Source: Octopus sinensis
Taxonomy: Eukaryota
NCBI RefSeq assembly: GCF_006345805.1
Contig: NC_043020.1
Span: forward strand, 30,938,001 to 31,002,000
Length of the DNA stretch: 64,000 nucleotides
Direction: 5' to 3'
The position numbers were made by a program, and so were the translations under genes. The notes below the pieces were generated by a model. It was given only the letters and a program-made list of their open reading frames with translations. It was not told the origin of the DNA and did not search any database. Positions 1 to 12,301 of this stretch are shown here, piece by piece (positions within the stretch are counted from its first letter, which is position 1; every line of letters starts with the position of its first letter).

Positions 1-821
1 TATATGTATTGAATTTATGTTTACACTTTACATTTTTTGCAAGTATAATTCTAGGCTATTTTCTTTCAGCAGTAAGAAGGCAGGTAAGCAATCCCTGATG
101 TGAAAACCTACTCAGTATGCTCTTCATCCCAGTCTGCTGAAAGTTCTGTGGTTCAAATCACAGGCTCTTATTTCACAACTACACTAAATATAAGTTCGCT
201 AAACATATGGATATGGCTCCAGATACATATTTATTCACAACCCACACTATACTGATAGTGTACAGGCACCCATACACACTATACAATTTAGGCCATGAAA
301 TTAAAATCACTATTACAACATCCGTTTATGCATGTTTGCATGGGCTGAACTATATATCTATGAGTACACACAGCCATTTCAAGACTATTACACAGCTATT
401 ATTAATATCCTAATTAGTATTTCTTCTATACGCCTTCCTAATCACTGTGTTTTAATTGATATTAGTCATGTATTTTTATCTTTTTATTTTTTTAGGCTTC
501 CTTTTTGTTCTTATTTTCCCCTCCAGTACTGTTGACACAAATCCAAAATGTCAACAAAACTGCTTCTCTTGTTTATTTCCCACCTCTTCTATTGAACTCT
601 CCCACCCCTTCACACACACACACACACACACCTATTTTCCACATCCCCATACTTCCTTTCTAAGACATGAACATTCTTGAATTCCTCTCCACGGCAGAGT
701 TCCTGCAAAAGCAGAGAACTGCACCTTCTGACAAAAGGAAGCTGGCATGGAACCTGAAGTAATGGCTACAATGTCACAACAGTCAACTCTTAAATACAGA
801 CATAGATACAGGCATGACTGA

Positions 822-1965
822 GAAGTAAGAAGTTTGCTTCCCGAGCACATGGTTTTGGGTTCAGTCCCACCATGTGACACCTTGAGCAAGTGTTTTTTCC
901 TTAAAACCTTGAATGTATTTGGTAGAAGGAAACTGAAACCCATCATATACAAGGTGGCATCAAAAGGTTCCTGGACTAGTTCTGTAGTGCACCAACAGAT
1001 GGCAGCATACAGCTGCATGTACAGTGAGAGCTAGCAGTGACCTTCATCAGGCAGTGTGCTGAGTGACATTGCTGTGTTTACTTCACAAGTTGTGAAATTT
1101 GCATTTTTGTGGTCATGTGTATGCTGTAGCCTGTAATTTTGTCATGGACAGGAACAAAGAGCCAACGTGAAATTTTGTGTTAAACCTGAGAAGTTTGCTA
1201 CAGAGATATTGAGCATGCTTTGACAAGCTTACAGCAATGAGTTGTACATAATGTTTCGAGTGGCATGGGCACTTCAAAAATGGAAGAATGTCTCTGGAAG
1301 ACCTGCCACGAGTGTCAGCCCTGGAAATGTGGTATTGTGCATTGAGAATTCATCCTCCAGGGCCAGGTGATGTTTTGAAGTGTTTGAGGGAGGATATTCA
1401 GTGAAAATGACCAGGTCTGTGGAGCATGAAGAATTGGATTTTTCATTGAGCTCTCCTCTCTTGTGAATTTCATGCCAAAAACTGGGTATTGCTTCTACAC
1501 CCACCCTATTCACTAGATTTAACACTAGCAGACTTCCATCTCTTCCCTGAGATGAAAATGCAGCTTAAAGGTTGCTGTTTTAACACCATTGTTAAGATCC
1601 AGAGTGAATCACAGAAGGTCCTCAACTCCTTTATGGAAAACAACTTCCAGACCAGATTCCAAAAGTTGCAGGAATGCTGGGACCGGTGTATTGCTGTACA
1701 AGATGTCTATTTCGAATGAAATGATGTTAAAACTTAGGTAAATAAGTTATTTGTTATTAAACATAATTAGTCCAGAAACTTTTTGACATGATCTTGTGTG
1801 TGTGCCATTGTGTTTGTCCTTCATCACTGCTTGACAACCAGAGTTGATAGTTTACATCCCTAGTACCAGGTTTTAAAAAAAGCACTGGGGTCAATTCATT
1901 AATAAAACCCTCCAAAGCAGTGCCCTGGCATGGCTGCAGTGCAATGACTGAAACAAGTAAAAGGT
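822..1965 (+). mobile_element. tRNA-derived SINE (family A), split by a mariner insertion at 948-1798
   Basis: Head 'agaagtttgcttcccgagcacatggttttgggttcagtcccacc...gcaagtg' at 822-947 and tail '...cttgacaaccagagttg...gcagtgccctggcatggctgcagtgcaatgactgaaacaag' at 1799-1965. Both match more than 10 other copies in the window. Confidence 0.8.
948..1798 (+). mobile_element. Internally deleted mariner (DD34D-type) DNA transposon
   Basis: About 33-bp imperfect TIRs (948-980 TACAAGGTGGCATCAAAAGGTTCCTGGACTAGT; 1766-1798 reverse complement CACAAGATCATGTCAAAAAGTTTCTGGACTAAT). Frameshifted N-terminal HTH remnant at about 1145-1310. C-terminal ORF 1489-1719 HPPYSLDLTLADFHLFP...WDRCIAVQDVYFE matches the mariner YSPDL-P-D motif and terminus. 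Confidence 0.9.
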
Positions 1966-2374
1966 ACATGTGCACACACTCACATTATAGTAGAGTATTA
2001 CCTGTCAAAGTATGTAATTATGTACAAATCAGGAAATATGCATACAATAATTTTACTTTCATTAAATTTCTTGGTGCTTATACAAAATAGTGAAATGAAT
2101 ACCAATTTTTGAAAGAAAAACATTTATTACTTTAAAATAAATTTTTCCTTCGTATAACTTGTCATTCACTCCCACTCCTCCTCCAGCTCTAGGATTCTTT
2201 GCCTCCACTCATCCTATACACCTTTAATATTAAATCTCTCTCTCTATCTCTTTTATTCTTTCTCCCTCTATCTCTATATACACTATAAATCAACCAACCA
2301 ATATTTATATTGGCTATTCGAACTCAAACTAAATGTGTTGTATCCTTCTTTCGCTTGTTCACTCACTGTAAGTG

Positions 2375-2413
<39 letters not shown>

Positions 2414-2436
2414 CAAGCAATATCACAACGATTTAA

Positions 2437-2658
2437 CCTATAAGCATTTAAACCAACTGTATCCAGCCAAAATATTTCACTTGTTCTATGTTGAAATTGG
2501 CCATATCTGGCTTCTCGCATTGAGCATAAAATACCATCCTAAAAATCAGCAGTTACATCATAAAAATCTCAAAGCTATAAGATAATGCATGATTAGTTCA
2601 AAACAATGTGAATAAATAAGCATTACGTGTTTAACAGAATAATTTGAATGCTAAAGGC
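2437..2658. mobile_element. piggyBac-type MITE
   Basis: Flanked by TTAA (2433-2436 and 2659-2662). Degenerate TIRs CCTATAAGCATT / AATGCTAAAGGC; no ORF. Confidence 0.6.
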
Positions 2659-2671
2659 TTAACAGAGTTAT

Positions 2672-2850
2672 TGCCACCATCATTCAATGTCTGTCTTCTG
2701 TGCTAGCATGGACTGGATAGTTTGACAGAAGCTGACAAACCAAAAAGATCCAGTCTGTTTTGGCATGGTTTTTATAGCTGGACGCCCTTCTCAATGACAA
2801 CCACTTAACAGAGTGGACTGAGTAGTTTTTCACATGGTACCAGCACTCCT
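2672..2850 (-). mobile_element. Short 3'-end fragment of the RTE-X-like LINE or its partner SINE (family C)
   Basis: 'catcattcaatgtctgtcttctgtgctagcatgg...gctggacgcccttctcaatgacaaccac' is a diverged reverse complement of the LINE 3' end at 30850-30986. Similar fragments at about 6445, 11675, 20815, 40615 and 42235. Confidence 0.7.
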
Positions 2851-3214
2851 ACTTTTTAACACCTCCAAACAACAATCAATTGATTATATTCTTTCCCCCT
2901 GCTCCCCCAAACATCCCTTCATTGCCTGAAACCTGCTTTATACTCAGCACCACTACAGTGATTTAACTGACCATACTACACACAATTCCTTAAGCCTAAA
3001 ACATACATACTGGACCAGAAAATACATCAGATTCAATCCATTGCTGATCCTCTACAGGGCTCATGATCCACATTAGACTACTACTCCTCTATACACATCC
3101 AAGAAAGTGCTGTTCAGGCTGCTGTCACACCTAGTACCGTCTTAAGGCTGCAATTCTTATCTATGTATGTTGTGGTTTACTGTCAATAAATAAATACAAC
3201 AGGGCTCAGAGCAG

Positions 3215-3420
3215 AGGGGGCTTAGTGGTTAGAGTATAGGACTCATGATTGCAAGATTATAGTTTCAATTCCTAGACCAGGCAATGCATTATGTTCTTGG
3301 ACATTTCATGTTGCTACAGTCCATTCAAGTGGCAAGAATGAGTAATCCTGAAATGGTCCAGCATCCTGTCCAAGGAGGAATATATACACCAGAGAAACTG
3401 GCCCTATGCAACTTATGGGG
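3215..3420 (+). mobile_element. tRNA-derived SINE (family D) with V/Meta-like central block
   Basis: Pol III A-box-like TAGTGGTTAGAG and B-box-like GTTTCAATTCC, then 'atggtccagcatcctgtccaaggagg'. Related reverse copy at about 36655-36770. The central-domain name is from memory. Confidence 0.6.
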
Positions 3421-6400
3421 TAATGTTGACTAACCATAGGGTTCAGAGCATTAATTTGCCCAGGGACCTACAATACTGCAAATACAGCTCTGGTTACACC
3501 ATATAAAAACATCTCCAAAAGGAGGTCGTCTGACTTGCAAATTATCCTTCATCAAACACACTACAATTTCTGGTATTCAGGTGTGCTGTTTCTATTCCCT
3601 ACCTATTCTCGCGCTACTACAATGGCCTCTGCTCCACTGAGGTGGCTAGTTGCACACCGTCTTCTCTCACACCTGTCTCTCTACCTGTTGTCACATCACA
3701 CCACATATTAAACAATTTGCCCAATCTTTCTTCCCCAGGACATCAAACCACTGTTAATTCCCATCCTGCCAATAAGCTGACCATAAATTGTATTAATCTC
3801 ACCAGTTTAAAAAAAAAACAAGTTTTGAACAAAAGTATTACTACCTCCCCACCAAAAAGGTTAAGTGATAGCCCACAGTTCTTCATGGGTTTTCAAAAGA
3901 AAACAAATAATTTTTATTTATTTTTTCCTAAATTTTTACATTTGATATAATTCTCCTTTCAGCTTTCAAACTTCTACTGAAAAAGGTATACATTAGATTT
4001 TGGTAAAGTGAACCATGGAGACTCTTCTAGAAACAACAGCCAAATCATACCATACAACAGTAGTTTGCAAGTGTCTGTGAGCTGACTTCAAAATTTGAAT
4101 CTGTTGAGTAAACAGGACCTTTCAAAATGCATGAGATCTGTAGAAAATTCATTTCATCTAAATAAAAGGGGCACTTGGCCATAAAACGTTGGGAACCATT
4201 GTCTTACCATCTTTAAGAAAAGAAAGAAAAAAAAAAAAAAAAAAATGATTGGTATGGTAAAGATGAGAAGTTTGAATACAGCTGGAATGTTTTAATCAAA
4301 GATCTGCTTGATTGAGGCTAACACCAGAGCTAAAAAAAAAACACCAGCAGCAGCAGCAGCAATACCTACCAATACAAGTGAGACAACAGTAGAGTACTGA
4401 TGATGGAAACTAGCTAAAGTGATTAACAGACTTAACATATTTAGAACACTAATGCACACATCACCCATTGTCCACAAACACTGTCTCCTATTGTGGACCA
4501 TTCAGCAGTAGCTAATCTCTGCCATTGTCCAGTGGAACAAGGCAGTTGCCATAAGACAAGCAATATGGTGATGGAATGCCAGATATAAAGAAAAACACAA
4601 ATAGCAGTCAGCACAGAGTCAACACATCTAGAGCATTGATGCTTGACAACCACAATACTCTGTCCTTTTATTGTTTTTAGAGCAATGTTGGAGCATTGTC
4701 TTGAAGAGACTCAGTCAATCATATCACCAACAGGACTTACTTTGCATCTGCTGCTTATGGGTCTCTATTTAACAGACCACCATTTCATATAAGAGACAAA
4801 CACAAGCAAGGTTCCACTCAACGTCAATCTGTCATTTTCACTCACAAGGCATTGGTTAGCCCAAGGCTATAGTAGAAGATACTTGCCTAAGATGCCATGT
4901 AGTGAAACTGATCCTGAAACCATGTGACTGCAATGCAGACTTCTTGACGACAGAGCCATGTCAGTTTCCCCACCACCACCACCATAAAGCCAAACTTGAA
5001 AAATTCATTTCTTCAAGCAAGTTACAATTCTATACTTGTGAAACAAGGAGGAAGAAAACAGGATGTTGTGAGGTTCATACTTTTGTAAAGACTGTTGTTA
5101 TAAGAGAAGTGAGATAATATTGCTTCAGACGAAAATCAAAACTACACAAAAACTGATATGGGTAGTGGGAATCATCACCATGGAGCAGATTTAAAAGTGA
5201 ATGACAGTGAGGGGTTGCCACTTCCTAATCAAGAACACCATAATTTAGGATCAGCTGAATTGCTAATTACATTTTTTTTTTTATGTACACAGGCTTTTGT
5301 GTTTTTGTATATCCCTCACTCATTGAAGACTTCTTTTTCTACAACAGCTGACCTAACTGCAAAGGTAAGAGCTCTGGTGATAACTCTTGAGAAGAACAAG
5401 ACTGAGCCTCTACACAGTTGCTCAGCCAGATGGAAAAAACAACATCAAATCTCTCTCAAATAAAACCCTACCATCTGAAAAATCTTAGCCTCTGCATGTC
5501 ATCAACACAGTGGTTTTTGTTTCTATTTTCTAACCTACAGCTAGCACAAGTTAGTGAATTCAAGCAATCCTAAATCAAGCTAAAACATATTTCAGAAGCT
5601 GGACCTGAACATTGTTGATTAAACATATCTAAATGTGTGTCTTCATGTTTGTCCCCTACCACCTGACAACTGGTGTTGGTTGTTTAGTGGTTTGGCAAAA
5701 ACCACTGACAAGACTTAAAAAAAAAGTATTGGGGTTGGTTTGTTGGACTAAAACCCTTCAAAGCAGTGCCCCAGCATGGTCACAGTCCAATGACTGACTG
5801 AAACACGTAAAAGATATATATACTTTACCATATTAAATAATCTAGAAGGGGTCATATTTCTCATTCAGAAATATGAATTTCTCATAAAAGGTTTTACCAC
5901 CAATTTTTATGGTGAAAATATAAAATATTAATGTATTCACATTGAGTCCTTTAATCCACACACACACAAAAAAAGAATCCACAGCTGCCATGACTGCTGC
6001 TTGACAGCAAGTTTGAACAAGACTCACAATCAGATATAGTAATAAGGTCAGACTTTAGGAGACATCTGGAATGGGGAAAAGTTTGAAGCAAAAATTGATT
6101 AAAAAAACAAAAATGAAAAGTATTATTAATATCAGACAGTCAAGTTGGCAAATCATTGAGAACAGCCAATTTCATATTGGCTAAATAATAACAAGGCCTG
6201 AAATTTAGTGGGAAGAGGCTAATCAATTATATTGACCATGGTGCTCAACTGGTACCTATTTTAATGGTGAAAGATCTACATGAGACACATATGGCTGTAT
6301 GGTTAAGAAATTCACATGGCAACCATGTGGTTTCAGGTTCAGTCCCACTGCACAGCACCTTGGGTGTCTTCTACAATAGTTCCAAACCAGCCAAAGTATT

Positions 6401-6591
6401 TGTTAAGTGGAGACTGAAAGAAGCCTATCGTCATATGTCTCATCATCATTTAGTGTCTGCTTTCCATGCTGGCATGGGTTGGACAGTTTGACTGGAACTG
6501 GTAAGCTGGAGAGCTGCACCAAGTTCCAGTCTGATTTGGCATGGTCTCAATGGCTAGATGCACTTCCTAATGCTAAATATATATATATATA

Positions 6592-6711
6592 CTAGCAGTT
6601 TCGCCCGGCGTTGCTCGGGTTTGTTTCGACCCGCTGGAATTGGAGATAGTGTTAGTTGAAGGTTACCAAACCTGGCGCACACAGACAACTTCAGCTTTAT
6701 AGAGAGAGAGA
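6592..6711 (-). mobile_element. 120-bp non-autonomous Helitron
   Basis: Minus strand reads A|TCTCTC...CCCGAGCAACGCCGGG (hairpin)...CTGCTAG|T: 5' TC, subterminal GC hairpin, 3' CTAG, AT target, no TSD. Confidence 0.8.
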
Positions 6712-6879
6712 TAACACACACACATTAATACACATACATACATACACACACACATGTATGTATGCATGGATGTATGTATGTATATATGTACATCTGTCCA
6801 CTTCTTGCCATATTTTTATCGTTCACTTCCTACACACACACCTTCTTAGCTTACAATTTCTTTCTTTCAACAATTGACA

Positions 6880-7417
6880 ACTGAAGTACGCTCGCAAATT
6901 AATACTACGAAAACTTAGCGACGAGTAAAGCATTTGAAATGAGAGAGGGAAATCGTAAAATATTGAGTTTTCTCGAATTTTTGCTTAATTGGGGGTCAAA
7001 TTGAAAGAAATTTATATGCCATGACCCAATGGAATGTACTTCGAAAAATCATAGGTAAATTCCAATTGAAGAAATTGTGTGAGGAGTAAATCGTTATGTA
7101 TTTATTTGTTTCTGTTTCCTGTATATTTTTTTTGAGTAGTGGTTGAAGGTACACTTGCAAAGAGAAAGTAGGAGAAAGTGTGGTAATAGCATGAGTGAAG
7201 CAGTTGAAATTAGAGAGGCAAATCGTAAAATATTTAGTTTTCTCAAATTTTTGCTTAATTGGGGGTCAAATTGAAAAAAATTTATAAGCCATGACCCAAT
7301 CGAATCTACTTCAAAAAATCATAGGTAAATTCCAATTGAAGAAATTCTATATTGTACAATTGTATTAAAAAGAAACATAGTCACAGGCAGAGAAAATCTG
7401 CCTTTTATCATAAGAGA
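6880..7417 (-). mobile_element. Helitron-like fragment with internal direct repeat (period 270 bp)
   Basis: Right end 'ctgccttttatcataagagat' resembles the 5' ends of the 6592 and 9917 Helitrons. Segments 6923-7076 and 7193-7346 are near-identical. No CTAG end seen. Confidence 0.55.
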
Positions 7418-8166
7418 TATTATATATGTAAATTATATATTTATATATAGATACACAGACACACACACACACACACAATGTGTGGGTGAGGGTATGTGTG
7501 TTCATGTCTTCTGGTTTTGACATTGCATGCTAACTGTAAACTAATTTATCATACAAATGGTTCATCTGCAATTTTCTGTGAAAATGTCTGACTATTGTGC
7601 TGCTTGTGTTCTAAGATCTAGGGAAATAGTAACACAGAAACAAATGAGGGTTGATGACAGGGAGAACACCCAGTTGTAGAAAATCTGACCCAGTGAATTT
7701 CACAAGACCTGTGCAGGCATGGTTAAGCGGACGTTAAAACAATGATGACCACATAATACAACAGGCTCCTCCAGTTTCCATCTACTATTTTTGTAAATGC
7801 TTTGGCAAACCTGAGACTATGGTAGATGATATGTCTCAACACACTCACAGAAGGATGCAGTCGGTGAAGCAGACTTATTTAGTATATAGCCATGATCACA
7901 GTTATATTGAGAAGAACAGAAAGCAATAGTACTTTCTTGGCAGGAGTGAAGACATTCCATTTCATACAAGAAAACAGGCTGAAACTTCTAGACAGGGAAC
8001 TCCCATTCAAAGATAATAAAGAGGAAGCTACTCACTCCTGTACCATGGAAATACAGCAAACTTAATAATAGTTTCTGATTTAGGCACAAGGCCAACAATT
8101 CTCAGTTATTACAATGGACCCCAGTACTTCATTAGTGCTTTATTTTATCATCCCAGACAGATGAAG

Positions 8167-8224
<58 letters not shown>

Positions 8225-8252
8225 TGTACGTTTGTATACACACACACACATA

Positions 8253-9569
8253 CAGGGTGCAATGGGTAAATTGTTGCCATTTTATATTTTTAATTTCGTG
8301 CATGCACATTGTGTGTTTTTGATTTTGTCAACTACATAGTATAGTGAGTAGGGTCAGTTGGGCACTATCTGTGAGAAAAAAACAGCACCATGACACAATT
8401 CACTCTGCCAGAAATTTGGAAATGACATGCTGTACTGTTTGGCATTTGTGCTGGAAGCTTCAATACGAACATTTCAGAGTGTTTAGGTGTCAATCTGAGG
8501 ACAGTGCAGAGGAATTGGAAAGAGTTTGATGTGTCTAATGGTGATTACGAAGGTACAGCAGCTCGGAAAATTCACTCTGGTTGTTCTGATAAGAAAAGAA
8601 CTTTTTAATTCGCTGGTGAGATCTAGGCCATGATTGACAATGATCCCTTCAAGTCAATCGGGTACATTGCCAGAGATATGGGAGTATCTTGAGTTTCTTA
8701 TCAGGCAGGTAGTTCATGAAGACATTCAGTATTCCTCATACATGATAAGAGAGGGCCAATTTTTATCCCAAACCATCAAAGACAAGAGAGAAGATCGTGC
8801 AACAAAGCTTTTGAACAAACTCAAGCATCCCCTCCAACCAAACATGCTTTGGTTTTTCTAAGATTAGAAAAATTTCTACCAGGATCAGATGGTGAACACA
8901 CAAAACAACCTTTGGCATGCCGGGTCCCCAAAACATGTACTGAGAGTGAAAAAAAATCAAACATCCAGTCAACATCATGGTGTTGGGGGTGATCACTAGT
9001 GATGGTGACATTATGCCTCCATCTTCCCATGCAGCCTCAGACTCAATACAGAGGTCTACATCAAGTGCCTGGAGGAGGTGGTGCTGCCCTGGGTCAAGAG
9101 GGTGGCTGCCGGAAGACCCTATGTCTGGCTACAGGACTCTACACCATGCTACACAAGCAGGAGAACCCAGTCATGGATGTCAGATAAGTTCTGTAACCAC
9201 ATCACCCCTAACATCTGGCAACCTAACTACCCAGGCTGTAACCTCTTTGATTATGATGTGTGGGAAACAGTTGAGGGAGAGACCAATAAAACTCCTTGCA
9301 TAACCAAAGATGAACTGAAGGCAAGGATTATGGCAGCATTCACCAACTTAAACAATTAAACAAGGAGACTGTCCAGAAGAGTTGCAGGAGATTCCAAAGT
9401 TGTCTGGAAGCCGTGGTTGAAGCCAATGGCGATATTATTAAACAAATTTACTCTTTAGATATTTCAAGATATTTTTATGTAATTTTGGTAAAAAAATATG
9501 TTAAAATGAGATGTCAGTGTTATTTTCATTTTTGCATAATTTAGATGACAGCTTATTCATTGCGCCCTG
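8253..9569 (+). mobile_element. Full-length but decayed Tc1/mariner transposon, maT (DD37D) family
   Basis: TA-flanked TIRs CAGGGTGCAATGGGTAAATTG / CAGGGCGCAATGAATAAGCTG. Frameshifted transposase with WFF(S)D, HPVNIMVLGVITSDGDIMPP and QDSTPCYTSRRTQ...PGCNLFDY; I counted 37 residues between the second and third Asp. Confidence 0.92.
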
Positions 9570-9589
9570 TATGTATATATATGTATGCA

Positions 9590-9657
<68 letters not shown>

Positions 9658-9916
9658 TGGTGAGCTTCTTTCTGTTTCTGTCTACCAAATGCACTCATAA
9701 GGCTTAGGATGGCCTGAGGATACAGTAGAAGATACTTGCCCAAGGTGCCACACAGTGGAACTGAACCTGGAACTATGTGGTTGGGAAGCAATCTTCTTAC
9801 CACACAAGCATGCCTGCAGGCTACACCTTTAACCAGCTGCCAGAAGATTTGCCTGGGGTTAAAACAGTATCATTGAACAGCCATATCATTGATGTGGCAA
9901 TTAACATATATATATA

Positions 9917-10300
9917 CTAGCAGTATCGCCCGGCGTTGCTCAGGTTTGTAAGGGAAATAACTATAAAGCATTTTTAGAGAGTTATAGCCAAAAAATAGCA
10001 AAAAAATGGAAAAAAATGATGTTAAATTTCTTTTGAGAGTGAAAAAAGGTGGAGTTGCGTCCCCTAGACAGTTTGCGGTTTGTGTTTCTGATTCTCGACC
10101 CCATGTCGAATTTATCGATTTTTTTCAGAACTGGGGGAACTTTTCAAAATTTTCGCTACGTTAGTTTTGAATTATGACATTGGGCTATGTGTGTGTCAAG
10201 TTTCATCAGAATCGGTTGAAAGCCGTGGTCAGGGTGAGGGTACGAGAAAACAGACACACAGAAACACGCACAGACAAACTGCCGTTTATATAGAGAGAGA
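9917..10300 (-). mobile_element. Non-autonomous Helitron (about 385 bp)
   Basis: Left end ACTAGCAGTATCGCCCGGCGTTGCTCAGG is the reverse complement of hairpin + CTAG. Right end 'gccgtttatatagagagagat' gives 5' TC on the minus strand. Same termini as 6592-6711. Confidence 0.8.
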
Positions 10301-10309
10301 TATATAGTA

Positions 10310-10680
10310 GAATAATAAAGAGAAAGTATTACATATATTTGAAAGATAATCCAAAAACCAAATTCTCCAATATTGCAATCCATTTCTCAAGAATGTCAGA
10401 CTCTGATATAGCCAGCAGCTATTGTCTGATAAGGACACTGAATATCCAAAGGCTAAATCAACCAATGTCCACTCCAAAATAGATGTATCCGTGGCTGGGC
10501 ATAAGAACATCACCGAAACCTTTAATAAATTACCAGACTTTCAAAAATATTTGGATCCAGAATTCACTGAAGAACTTACCATAACTTTATCAGCTAAAAC
10601 AGAAATGATCCTGGCTGTTTGAAAAACGGCTGCAAGAAGCTTGAAACTAATATCAGAGTAATTCACTGTAAACATTATTT
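10310..10680 (+). pseudogene. Possible decayed pogo/Tigger (CENP-B-like HTH) transposase fragment
   Basis: Broken reading YLKDNPKTKFSNIAIHFS... followed by ORF 10422-10622. Weak resemblance by eye only. Confidence 0.2.
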
Positions 10681-10788
10681 AGATTAAAATTTTAAAAAAT
10701 TATACCCTCAGAAATGGTGTCTCTACTAATTCTTTCAAATATATACACACACACACACACACACTATATATATATATACACACACACA

Positions 10789-11156
<368 letters not shown>

Positions 11157-11179
11157 ATATATATATATATATACACACA

Positions 11180-11230
<51 letters not shown>

Positions 11231-11231
11231 T

Positions 11232-11284
<53 letters not shown>

Positions 11285-11386
11285 CCTGCTCGCTTAGCCA
11301 GCGGGGTGGAGTCCTTTGAAGGCTAAAACAATGCGAACGCATTGTGACCAGTGGTGTGTAACAACATCTGATGGTCTGGTCGGTCT

Positions 11387-11429
<43 letters not shown>

Positions 11430-11550
11430 CATACACACACACTATATATACATACATATATATATATATATATAATCAATCAAAATGTAACCACATGTGA
11501 ATCGTTGGCGATTTTCTTCCTCCATCATCCTTTCTATTGGACTTTCCTCT

Positions 11551-11585
11551 GTTTCTGAAGATGAGAATTGCTTGAAACATTAAAC
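11551..11585 (+). ncRNA. Decayed minimal hammerhead-like motif
   Basis: GTTT-CTGAAGA-T-GAG(aattg)CTT-GAAAC-ATT-AAAC. Helix I GTTT/AAAC and the core are intact, but the required GTH triplet reads ATT. Confidence 0.4.
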
Positions 11586-12301
11586 CATCTTCCTTTCTTT
11601 CCCCGAGCGTCTGCTAATACTTTACATGTACCACGTCCTTGTGTTGTTGTTTTTTATACACACACACATATACTCATCATCATTTAATGTCCGTCTTCCA
11701 TGCTGGCATGAGTTGCATGGTTTGACAAGAGCTGGTAAGCCTAGGGACTGAGCAAAGGTCTACTGTCTGCTCAAGCATGGTTTTTACAGCTGGATGCCCT
11801 TCCTAATATCAATCACTTTACAATACACACACACTTGTAAATATGTATATATTGATGGTATTCCTTTTATTAACTTAATACAGATAAAATCATAAGCCAA
11901 TGTGAACAAACTGCAAAACTTATAAGCCACATGAGAGAGATGGAAGATGAATGGATGAAAGCTGTTGTTGTTGGAGTGAGCAGGCCTATGGCAATCAAAG
12001 ATATCCTAACAATGACTACCTGTCCTGGGGGGGGGGGCATTATCTATATTATAACTAAAACTCAAGTTTGTTTTCCTGCCATTTGATTAAGATGATAACA
12101 TTTGTAAATGAAGTAATCATTTCTCCCTTTAAATAAAAAAAGAAAATCAAGCTGAAGATGTTGACACTTCAAAGACGTGTCACAGCCATCGCTATCCGTC
12201 CTCCTTTTTTCTTTCTTTTTTCTTCCCTTAAGCGTCCTTGCAGATACCACTGTCATCCGTCCTTTTTTCTTCCCTTATTCATTTATACTGCAGAAGAATT
12301 T

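Noticed and set aside
4208-4210. Apparent 3-nt ATG micro-exon on the minus strand with a long polypyrimidine tract and GTAAGA donor
   Set aside because: The plus-strand sequence 'cttaccatctttaagaaaa...' matches an A-rich segment of a repeat also seen near 5467 and 24855, so the tract is better explained as a repeat-derived A-run.
4292-4653. Two hydrophobic minus-strand ORFs resembling a membrane protein
   Set aside because: Hydrophobicity follows from the A/C-rich plus strand and a (CAG)n run; no splice signals or recognisable family.
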